This document shows positions 24,689 through 32,000 of a DNA stretch of 32,000 nucleotides, piece by piece. Each line of letters begins with the position of its first letter. Position 1 is the stretch's first letter. Under the pieces are notes generated by a model. The model worked only from the letters and a program-made list of their open reading frames with translations. It ran no database searches and was not told the origin of the DNA. This DNA is from Candidatus Heimdallarchaeota archaeon. Its GTDB lineage: Archaea > Asgardarchaeota > Heimdallarchaeia > Heimdallarchaeales > Heimdallarchaeaceae. The stretch covers positions 30,001 through 62,000 of the forward strand of contig DAOVER010000001.1 in the NCBI GenBank assembly GCA_030668875.1, read 5' to 3'. The translations under genes were made by a program, and so were the position numbers.

Positions 24689-26818
24689 TTGAAGGCTAAA
24701 TGTCCAAATTGCAAAGGTAAAGGTACTGTAATTACCGAGAAGATGACTTGTCCAACATGTTTAGGGATTGGAAAAACATCTTTTTCATTAGGAAGTGGAG
24801 ATGAAGGACAACCTTGTGAAAAATGCAATGGTAAAGGAAAAGTTGTTATTCAGTCCAAATGCTCGACATGTGATGGCTCAAAATTCGTTTTTTTCTGCAA
24901 ACAATGCAATAAAATGATGAAAAATCAAACTTCTTCTGGTTTGTGTTTGACTTGTCAAAATAAAAAAGACCCAGTTGTATACTCACTCAAACCTCCAATA
25001 GATTCCCAATTAGTGAGAAAGGAGATGCATCTTTTATCGAGAGTTGAAAGTGTAAAAAAGATGGGGGTTTTCGTTAAGGTTGCACCAGATACCAATGTAT
25101 TAATCCGTTCAAATGATGTGACACAAGACTATGCATGGGATATAGGGGAAGAGGTAATTGTGAAGATTTCTTATGTCAATGATAAAGGAAAATTCTTTGG
25201 AATCCCTGTCCATTTCAAGAAATACGATGTTGAACCATTACGAGGAAAAGTTAGGAAACTTCAGATTGAGGATTTAAAACCTAATATGATGGGTTCATTT
25301 ATTGGATTAACTGCGAAAATTGTCTCAATTATGCAGACACCAGGTCCAACCAGATTCAATCTAGTTGATTCTACCGGCTCAATAAGCGGAGCAGCCTTCA
25401 TCAAACCAGGTGAAAGAGCTTTCCCTGAATTTGAAGAAGATATGGTTGTTTCTGTGTTTGGTGAAATCAATACTCATCGTGATATTATTCAGATTGAAAT
25501 TCGTGATATGGACCAATTAGATTCTGATGAAAGCAACATTCTAATCGGCGAAATTGAAGAAGCAATTGACAAAAAAGCAACTCCTAAGAAAATAGATTTT
25601 TCAATAAAGAGTCCGATACTCGATAAGTTGAGACCTGATTTAACAGATGCGGCTAAACGAATAAAACGAGCCATTTTAACTGGTCAACCAATCCACATAC
25701 GAAATCATGCTGATGCTGATGGAACAGTTGCTGGGTTTGCAGTGCAATTAGCTATTAAGAAACTTATGGAGAAAGAAGGATATGATTCTGATACTATACG
25801 TACTAGATTGAAAAGACTTCCAAACAAACCTCCTTTCTATGATGCTATAGATGTTACAAAGGATTTGGATTTTGCTCTTGCAGATCAAGTTAGGTTTGGT
25901 GACAAACTGCCATTGTTTGTGTGTTTAGATTTTGGGTCTAGTACTGAATCATTGTTCCCTTATCTACAGATAAAAGCCTTAGATCTAGAAATAATTGTAA
26001 TAGACCACCACTTCCCCGACAAAGAGATACAAGAGTTGGTTGATATTCATGTTAACCCTTACTTTGTTGGTGGAGGTTACGAGCTTTCAGCTGGAATGTT
26101 GGGCGTTGAACTAGCTCGAATTATCTATCCTGATATTCATGAAGAAATCATTCATTTACCTGCAATTGCAGGATTGATGGATAGAGTTGAAGGTAAAGAG
26201 ATTGTTGAATACATTAAACTTGCAGAGAAAAAAGGCTATTCTGTTGATGATCTTAGAACTATAGGTCTAGCAATTGATTTTGAGGTTTATCAGTTAAGAT
26301 TTTCTGAAGGTTATAACACTATGAAAATACTTTTTGGAATTGAAACTAGTCAAGATTGGCATTCTAGAATGTATAATCTGATTGGGAATGAAGCTAAAAA
26401 ACTGCTTGAAACTTCAGTAGAAGACTCATTACCTCATTGTAAAAAGAAAGTACTAACCAATGGAACGCTATTAGTTACCATTGATGTTGAATTGTATACC
26501 CATCGTTTCACATTTCCAAATCCTGGAAAAATAACCGGAATGATATTTGACCATTATTGCTCTAGAAATATGGATAAAGCAGTTGTAACACTAGGAGAAG
26601 GACCAGATTTTCTCATCCTTCGATCTAAAGGATTACTAATCAACTTTCCTGAAGTAGTGAAATTGATGCGAAAAGAGATGCCTGAAGCTGGAGTTGAGGG
26701 AGGAGGTCATGAAGTTGTAGGTTCTCTGAAGTTTTATGAAGGGGAACGAAAGAAAGTTAAAACATTCTTTGTAGAACACCTAACAAAACTAAAAACCAAT
26801 ATAGAAAAAGCAGAATGA
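24689..26818 (+). CDS. Archaeal RecJ-like DHH nuclease with DnaJ-type Zn finger, S1 and OB domains (COG1107, HAN-like)
   Basis: Repeated CxxCxG motifs, S1-like GVFVKV, OB-like QTPGPTRF.L.D.TG, DHH motifs RNHADADG / LDFGS / IDHH, C-terminal GGGHEVVGS. TTG start with AGGTG 7 nt upstream. Confidence 0.88.
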   Translation: MKAKCPNCKGKGTVITEKMTCPTCLGIGKTSFSLGSGDEGQPCEKCNGKGKVVIQSKCSTCDGSKFVFFCKQCNKMMKNQTSSGLCLTCQNKKDPVVYSLKPPIDSQLVRKEMHLLSRVESVKKMGVFVKVAPDTNVLIRSNDVTQDYAWDIGEEVIVKISYVNDKGKFFGIPVHFKKYDVEPLRGKVRKLQIEDLKPNMMGSFIGLTAKIVSIMQTPGPTRFNLVDSTGSISGAAFIKPGERAFPEFEEDMVVSVFGEINTHRDIIQIEIRDMDQLDSDESNILIGEIEEAIDKKATPKKIDFSIKSPILDKLRPDLTDAAKRIKRAILTGQPIHIRNHADADGTVAGFAVQLAIKKLMEKEGYDSDTIRTRLKRLPNKPPFYDAIDVTKDLDFALADQVRFGDKLPLFVCLDFGSSTESLFPYLQIKALDLEIIVIDHHFPDKEIQELVDIHVNPYFVGGGYELSAGMLGVELARIIYPDIHEEIIHLPAIAGLMDRVEGKEIVEYIKLAEKKGYSVDDLRTIGLAIDFEVYQLRFSEGYNTMKILFGIETSQDWHSRMYNLIGNEAKKLLETSVEDSLPHCKKKVLTNGTLLVTIDVELYTHRFTFPNPGKITGMIFDHYCSRNMDKAVVTLGEGPDFLILRSKGLLINFPEVVKLMRKEMPEAGVEGGGHEVVGSLKFYEGERKKVKTFFVEHLTKLKTNIEKAE

Positions 26819-26826
26819 AGAGAAAA

Positions 26827-28344
26827 CTATCTCTTCTTTTTCTTATCTTTTCTTCTGAAAACTTTGTTGAAGCCTTTCGTTACTCCTTCCCTGCTTTTGG
26901 TATACGCTCCACCTATTGTCCCAGCTACTTTTTTAGATGGATCAACAAAAACTCTTTTTGCAGTTGATTTAGCCCCAGCCTTTACACCTTGTTTTATAAG
27001 CATATTTGCATATTGTTTCCAAGAATCTTCTCCTTTTCTAACTCTGTCTATTCTCTCTACGAGTTCTTCGTATGGTGGTAAAAACTCAAGTCGATACAAA
27101 GTTGGTGAGCCATATTTTCTAAAATCTTCAGACCATAGATAGCTGAGCAGGAAGAATATCAACAAGCAAGTAAGTAAGATCACTGCAAATTTATCTTTTA
27201 TACCAACTAGTGTATTCTTTGACAAGATAATGTCACCATTTATCACGAAGTACTCACTAAAAATGTCATCACCTGTTAGTAATTGTAGCTGAGTCACATG
27301 AAAACTTAGTACCAATCCCATCACAGTCATAAGTATCCCTAATGGTCCAATTGATCTAGGAATACTGAGAAGAACCCATTTTTCTTCCTCTTCTTCATCT
27401 ATCTCTTCTATTTCTATGTCTCCTATTTCTATCTTTTTCTTCTCTTTCTCTGTTTGTACAGCAGTTTCATCTTTAGCTGTTTCTTTTTCTATTTTTTTAA
27501 TTTTCTTTGCATAGTTTGAAACAGTATAGAAAATGAAAAACAATGCAATTAGTACACTGCCAACATTATCGTTAGGTAATGAACCGCTGTCAGTGTAATA
27601 TGTTAGTTTCCAAAGAGTAAAGGAAGCTATAACATAGAAGAAAGATAAAATTGTGTAAAACACGTCATCTTTTTTTCCTAACTTGAAAATAATTATGTTG
27701 ACAATAATAATAGCTACTAACGAAAAGAAAGATGTTATTAACAACCAAACATCAACCTGAAAAATACCTAATACCTCATCCCATAATGATCTATAGATGA
27801 GATATCCAGTCATAGCTAAATTAATTAGTGATATGATGAAAACTACAATCCCAAATAATACTGAGCCTTCATTATCCTTCTTTCCAAGAAACATGACGCT
27901 CCCGAATATTCTGTTTCCCCAAAAATTTCTAGATAAGGAGAATGTTAGAAATATAGAAATCAAAATCCAGCCAAGATACCCTAATGCTGCAATGAAGGGT
28001 GACATAATAGGGAGGAAATATAATAATGCTGATCCACCTGCTGCTGCCAAAAAAGCAGGTGCTATCCAATATTTTACGGGAAATCTGGCAAAGAACAAAC
28101 CAAAAAACACATACGTAACAGCAAAGGATAATTCAACTTTAATTAAGATAGAACCTATCTCTTTTAGAGTATCAGCAGAACTTGATTCTATGTTTGCTCC
28201 AATTAGATAGAAAACTGTCGAAGTAACTGATATCAGAATGAATGCTAATGTATAAAAGAAGTATTTCTTACTAAAGAGAATTCTGAAACCGCTTGTGAAT
28301 ATATTTTTAACATATTGATAAAATGCTTTCTCAACATATGACAT
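26827..28344 (-). CDS. Hypothetical polytopic membrane protein (about 10 TM helices)
   Basis: About 10 hydrophobic segments, an acidic loop (EIEIEEIDEEEEE) and a basic C-terminal tail (RRKDKKKKR). No family recognised. Confidence 0.8.
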   Translation of the reverse strand: MSYVEKAFYQYVKNIFTSGFRILFSKKYFFYTLAFILISVTSTVFYLIGANIESSSADTLKEIGSILIKVELSFAVTYVFFGLFFARFPVKYWIAPAFLAAAGGSALLYFLPIMSPFIAALGYLGWILISIFLTFSLSRNFWGNRIFGSVMFLGKKDNEGSVLFGIVVFIISLINLAMTGYLIYRSLWDEVLGIFQVDVWLLITSFFSLVAIIIVNIIIFKLGKKDDVFYTILSFFYVIASFTLWKLTYYTDSGSLPNDNVGSVLIALFFIFYTVSNYAKKIKKIEKETAKDETAVQTEKEKKKIEIGDIEIEEIDEEEEEKWVLLSIPRSIGPLGILMTVMGLVLSFHVTQLQLLTGDDIFSEYFVINGDIILSKNTLVGIKDKFAVILLTCLLIFFLLSYLWSEDFRKYGSPTLYRLEFLPPYEELVERIDRVRKGEDSWKQYANMLIKQGVKAGAKSTAKRVFVDPSKKVAGTIGGAYTKSREGVTKGFNKVFRRKDKKKKR

Positions 28345-28456
28345 GATAAATTAATATAACGGAGATAAATAAAAAACTTCGCATAACAAGTTACAAATCT
28401 AAAATGATATTTCCTAATTGTTCCAATGAATTTATGAAGGAGGAGAAGATTGTTTT

Positions 28457-29338
28457 TTGAATACTATGGATTCAAAAGTTAATCCTTTCGATATGTTCAA
28501 TACTTTTCTTTTCGATGGTGACGGAGTTATTTACGAGGAAAATGGCCCTCTCCCTGGAGGAATAGAATTTATCAAGTTGCTACAAAAAAGAGAAAAAAAG
28601 GTGTATTTACTTACAAACAATAGTACAAAAACTAGAGAAGAGTTTAAAGAGAAATTTTCCCTTTTTGGTTTAGATCTACCAGTTGAGAGTATTCTTTCAT
28701 CAGCATATTTAACAGCTCATTATCTCTCTAAAGAAAAACCATCAGCTAGAGTGTATGTGATTGGTGAGGAAGGTCTTAAGAAAGAATTTGTCAATTTCGG
28801 AGTGGATATTGTAAACAGAGAAGAAGAGACTAATGAAGAAGAAATCTTTTCTCTAAACATGGATAACATAGATTATGTTGTGACAGGAATGGACAGACGG
28901 TTAAACTATGTTAAAATCTCCCGAGCGGTTAATATATTAATGTCATATAAAGAAACAAAATTCATCGCGACAAATGCTGATTTTACCTTTCCAACAGTTC
29001 ATGGTCTTATACCAGGAGGTGGGGCAATGATAAGAATTCTTGAGGAATTATCAGGAAGAAAAGTAGAAACAATCATAGGAAAACCCAACTCGGAAATGTT
29101 TGAAATTGCGATGGAACTCTCACAAACTAGTAAAGAACAAATGATAATGTTTGGAGATAGGTTAGAAACTGATATTCTCGGTGCTAAGTTAGCTGGGATA
29201 AAAACTTGTCTTGTTTTATCTGGTGTGACATCCATGAAGGATTTGGGTGGTCTTAAAGATGAAAATAGTCCTGATTTGATTATGAATAATCTTCAAGATG
29301 CATACGATTATTATCTTAATTCTAATCTAGAATCATAG
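28457..29338 (+). CDS. HAD-superfamily subfamily IIA hydrolase (NagD/PNPPase-like)
   Basis: FDGDGV, LTNNS, IATNAD, PGGGA, IGKP, MFGDRLETDILGA, LVLSGV. Confidence 0.92.
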   Translation: MNTMDSKVNPFDMFNTFLFDGDGVIYEENGPLPGGIEFIKLLQKREKKVYLLTNNSTKTREEFKEKFSLFGLDLPVESILSSAYLTAHYLSKEKPSARVYVIGEEGLKKEFVNFGVDIVNREEETNEEEIFSLNMDNIDYVVTGMDRRLNYVKISRAVNILMSYKETKFIATNADFTFPTVHGLIPGGGAMIRILEELSGRKVETIIGKPNSEMFEIAMELSQTSKEQMIMFGDRLETDILGAKLAGIKTCLVLSGVTSMKDLGGLKDENSPDLIMNNLQDAYDYYLNSNLES

Positions 29339-29378
29339 ATAGAAGCTATAGATAATGTCAGCAGTTAATCCCCCTACA

Positions 29379-29388
29379 TTTTTAAATA
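29379..29388 (+). promoter_or_regulatory. Putative TATA box (TTTTTAAATA) of the S8 protease gene
   Basis: Ends 19 nt upstream of GTG 29408, consistent with a leaderless start. Confidence 0.4.
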
Positions 29389-29407
29389 TTTAATACTACA
29401 TTCTTAC

Positions 29408-32000
29408 GTGAGATATCTAACGAAAATTAAATACTATGTTATTTGCTTTGTTTTAACTACTTGTTGCATTTTCTCTTACAATTCAATTATAAATGTACAA
29501 TCATCACACCCAGTGTATATAGAAGAAAATGAATTGTCTTTGAGAGAAATATTCGGAGAAACAAGATTCCTTAAACAATTCATAGAAGCAAGTCAAGATA
29601 CTGAATTCAGAGTGATAGCAGAGATATCTACAACTGCAACTGATTATTATTTTGAGAAACTTGGAAATAGTATAACTCATTTCAATTCTTTTCAAGGCCT
29701 AGCTCTTTCGATTTCCAAAGAAGACTTACTTTATCTTATACAAAAACAGATAATCAGAGAAATTTGGAATAATTCTCAAATCTATGGGGCAAATTTGGTT
29801 AATGAACTCTTGATTAATGACACAAGAACCCTATGTGATTACAATGAGAAAATAGGCGTAGATTTTTTGTGGAATAAGAATCTTTACGGAGACAATGTAA
29901 AAATAGCTATCTTAGACACCGGTTTGAATGTAAATCATCCTGCTTTAAATCAGACAATGACACAACAAAGCAGGATAGTTGGTAAATGGAATTTTCTTCA
30001 AAGAAATGAGGATGTTTTAGATGATAATGGACATGGAACAGAGTTAGCGGGGATTATAGGAAGTAATGGATTATTCGGTTACATGCAAGGAGTAGCACCC
30101 AATAGTAAATTCTTGATAGGGAAAATCTTAGACCATAATTCGATTGGAACTGTAGAAACATTAATTCAGGGAATTGACTGGGCAATAGAAAATGATGCTG
30201 ACGTCATCAACTTATCGTTAGGAAAAACTGTTTCAAATCTAAACTCTCCTGAAGTAGAAGCAGTAAATTTCGCTGTAGAAAGCGGTGTTGTAGTGTGTGT
30301 ATCAGCTGGTAATGCTCGAGGAATAGAAGAATTTGGTTACAGTGATCTTCACACAATACTAAGTCCTGGAATTTCCTCTAAAGCAATTACAGTTGGAGCT
30401 ATTGATAATAACGATGTCCTTTATGAATACAGTAGTGCTGGACCAGTAGCTATAAATTTTAACAGCGAAACATCTGACTATCTGTATGATTCAATTCCTA
30501 AAACCACAACTTGGTTAAAACCAGATGTTGTAGCTCCTGGTGTTCTTCTCAACACTACATCTGCAAATGGAAAAGATTTGAATGTAGTTTCGGGAACTAG
30601 TTATGCAACAGCTGTTGTTTCTGGATTATGTCTCCTTTTAATACAACAATATTATCGGGCTGATTCTTCCTTAGTTAAAGCTTCATTAATTAAAACTTGT
30701 AATCCAATATCGCTGAATGCAGTTTCCCCTTTCTTACAGAATATTAGTATTCCAGTTTCTCCATATTTTCAAGGCTCTGGTTTAATAAATTCTTCTGGTG
30801 CTTTTTCATATATTAATACTCATGGAGATTTTACATTAACTAGTTCAATAATCCCTTACTTGGACAATTATTATTTCAAAAATTCAGAAACAAGTTTTAA
30901 CATACAGTTATACATACATCAACCACTTGATAGCATCAAATTAACTATTTCTGAAAATTTAGCTAATATTCTATATGTTTCTCTTCTTCCCACTTCATTA
31001 GTTATTGGTCAATATGATCTTGAGATAACCATTAATACAGAAGAAGCTCTAGTTGGTTTTCATCAAGGTTACTTAACGTTTGAAAGCACTGATTCTATCC
31101 AAACAATTAATGTTGCATTTAATGTGAAAAAGGCTTATGGGAGAATTTTGCTTGATTACCGAGAAGAAGGCAGTGATGTCAGATATTCTTTAAATGGTAA
31201 TCTACATAATATCATTTCTATATCAAAGAAATATGGTCTAGTTCCCATAATTAATTCACAAGATGTGTACTACTCTACGTTTAACACGATGAATCTCAAT
31301 GAATTTGAAGTGATTGCATTAATCAATTCGAAGAATACCTTACTTCATCCAATTTCAAACTCGGATATCGTCGCACTTTCTGATTATATTAATCCAGAAG
31401 GAACTTATTCAGGAGGATCCTTAATTGTTTTACCATCAAGAAACAGTGATTTTAACATTATTAATGAGATACTTTCTGTAGTCAATGTAACCTATTACCA
31501 AGATTTTTCAGCAAATGTTAGTTTAGATGTATCTTCATCATATCATATCTTACTTTCAGACCCACATCTCTTAAATGATCTTTATCTTCCATACCCCGTT
31601 TTAGTAAATGTAAGCAATACAGATTATAACCCTTATAGTGACAAATTGGTTTATGGCAACCAACATTATTCAAATGGTTCTATCGTGGTAGGGGGAAATA
31701 CTCTAGATATGTTTCTGGATTCTCCTTATCTTTATTCGTCATATGAATCTGAATACTCAGAAATATTCATGAGCGCATATTATGGCGACAATTATCAACT
31801 TCTTGAAAACATGATAAGTTCAGCAGTGGTTAGAGGTTTAATATTTAACTATTCTCTTAAGTCCTCAGAGGTTTCGATAAAAGACAATATAATGCTTACC
31901 ATAAACACTGCAAATATGTTTAAAACTATGCCAGATTGGGCGTTTTACATGACGCTTTCAAATGAATATGATACATATGTTAAGGTAAACGCCTTTGAGT
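29408..32000 (+). CDS. Secreted subtilisin-family (S8) serine protease, multidomain, truncated by the window end
   Basis: Not in the ORF track because there is no stop in the window. Translated by hand in frame +2: open from GTG 29408 (upstream stop 29366-68) to 32000. Signal peptide, prodomain, triad AILDTG (D codon 29915), NGHGT (H 30032), SGTSYA (S 30599), oxyanion SAGN, KPDVVAPG. Confidence 0.9.
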   Translation, partial: MRYLTKIKYYVICFVLTTCCIFSYNSIINVQSSHPVYIEENELSLREIFGETRFLKQFIEASQDTEFRVIAEISTTATDYYFEKLGNSITHFNSFQGLALSISKEDLLYLIQKQIIREIWNNSQIYGANLVNELLINDTRTLCDYNEKIGVDFLWNKNLYGDNVKIAILDTGLNVNHPALNQTMTQQSRIVGKWNFLQRNEDVLDDNGHGTELAGIIGSNGLFGYMQGVAPNSKFLIGKILDHNSIGTVETLIQGIDWAIENDADVINLSLGKTVSNLNSPEVEAVNFAVESGVVVCVSAGNARGIEEFGYSDLHTILSPGISSKAITVGAIDNNDVLYEYSSAGPVAINFNSETSDYLYDSIPKTTTWLKPDVVAPGVLLNTTSANGKDLNVVSGTSYATAVVSGLCLLLIQQYYRADSSLVKASLIKTCNPISLNAVSPFLQNISIPVSPYFQGSGLINSSGAFSYINTHGDFTLTSSIIPYLDNYYFKNSETSFNIQLYIHQPLDSIKLTISENLANILYVSLLPTSLVIGQYDLEITINTEEALVGFHQGYLTFESTDSIQTINVAFNVKKAYGRILLDYREEGSDVRYSLNGNLHNIISISKKYGLVPIINSQDVYYSTFNTMNLNEFEVIALINSKNTLLHPISNSDIVALSDYINPEGTYSGGSLIVLPSRNSDFNIINEILSVVNVTYYQDFSANVSLDVSSSYHILLSDPHLLNDLYLPYPVLVNVSNTDYNPYSDKLVYGNQHYSNGSIVVGGNTLDMFLDSPYLYSSYESEYSEIFMSAYYGDNYQLLENMISSAVVRGLIFNYSLKSSEVSIKDNIMLTINTANMFKTMPDWAFYMTLSNEYDTYVKVNAFE

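Noticed and set aside
2093-26818. Selenocysteine or readthrough at TGA stops (pdaD, tfb, Eis, TPR, longin, RecJ)
   Set aside because: Each stop falls where the family normally ends or is followed by AT-rich spacer or a coupled start. No downstream in-frame domain or SECIS-like hairpin was noticed.
27378-27500. Low-complexity GA-rich stretch encoding the E/K tract of the membrane protein
   Set aside because: Explained by amino-acid composition; not a true tandem repeat.
1131-29235. Short ORFs in the track that lie inside longer genes (e.g. 1131-1325, 1873-2112, 2464-2712, 7373-7630, 7707-7898, 8004-8354, 9352-9618, 12204-12401, 13284-13544, 13686-13898, 13917-14108, 15376-15654, 16043-16234, 16805-16999, 17173-17355, 20597-20833, 23503-23685, 25261-25470, 25489-25674, 26864-27142, 27797-28210, 28999-29235)
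   Set aside because: All overlap well-supported genes, almost all antisense (20597-20833 is an alternate frame on the same strand). They have no recognisable motifs and read as shadow ORFs.
29504-29695. 63-aa minus-strand ORF that looks like the only gene in the last 2.6 kb
   Set aside because: It is antisense to the prodomain of the long plus-strand S8 protease, which the track missed.
1-32000. tRNA, rRNA, CRISPR array, prophage or composition island
   Set aside because: Spacers are short and AT-rich, with no T-loop/cloverleaf motifs, no regularly spaced repeats, no integrase or viral hallmark genes, and no visible GC shift.

Overview
AT-rich (roughly 30-33% GC by eye, not computed), gene-dense archaeal chromosome segment with 23 supportable CDSs. 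No rRNA, tRNA, CRISPR array or transposase was detected. TFB, an archaeal-type AlaRS, longin and roadblock proteins, a eukaryote-like PriS/PriL pair and surface proteins ending in TM+RRK point to an Asgard archaeon, most plausibly Heimdallarchaeia (inference). Gene order: glnA(-) / pyruvoyl arginine decarboxylase(+), PKD surface glycoprotein, GH57-like protein lacking its nucleophile, tfb, sepF-like, alaS, Eis-type GNAT, dinB-priL-priS operon, secreted PLD-Ig-LTD protein, orphan + XPD with an N-terminal Zn ribbon, palindrome-rich divergent spacer, TPR + PD-(D/E)xK nuclease with a C-terminal PIP box + longin protein, roadblock + DUF5752-like protein, RecJ/HAN-like DHH nuclease, orphan polytopic membrane protein, NagD-type HAD, and a secreted S8 protease that runs off the window end (absent from the ORF track) with site-1-protease-like architecture. 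Best leads: the eukaryote-type primase apparently co-transcribed with a Y-family polymerase, the TPR-coupled PIP-box nuclease opposite XPD, and the MBTPS1-like protease. Comparisons with reference proteins are from memory and need real alignments.
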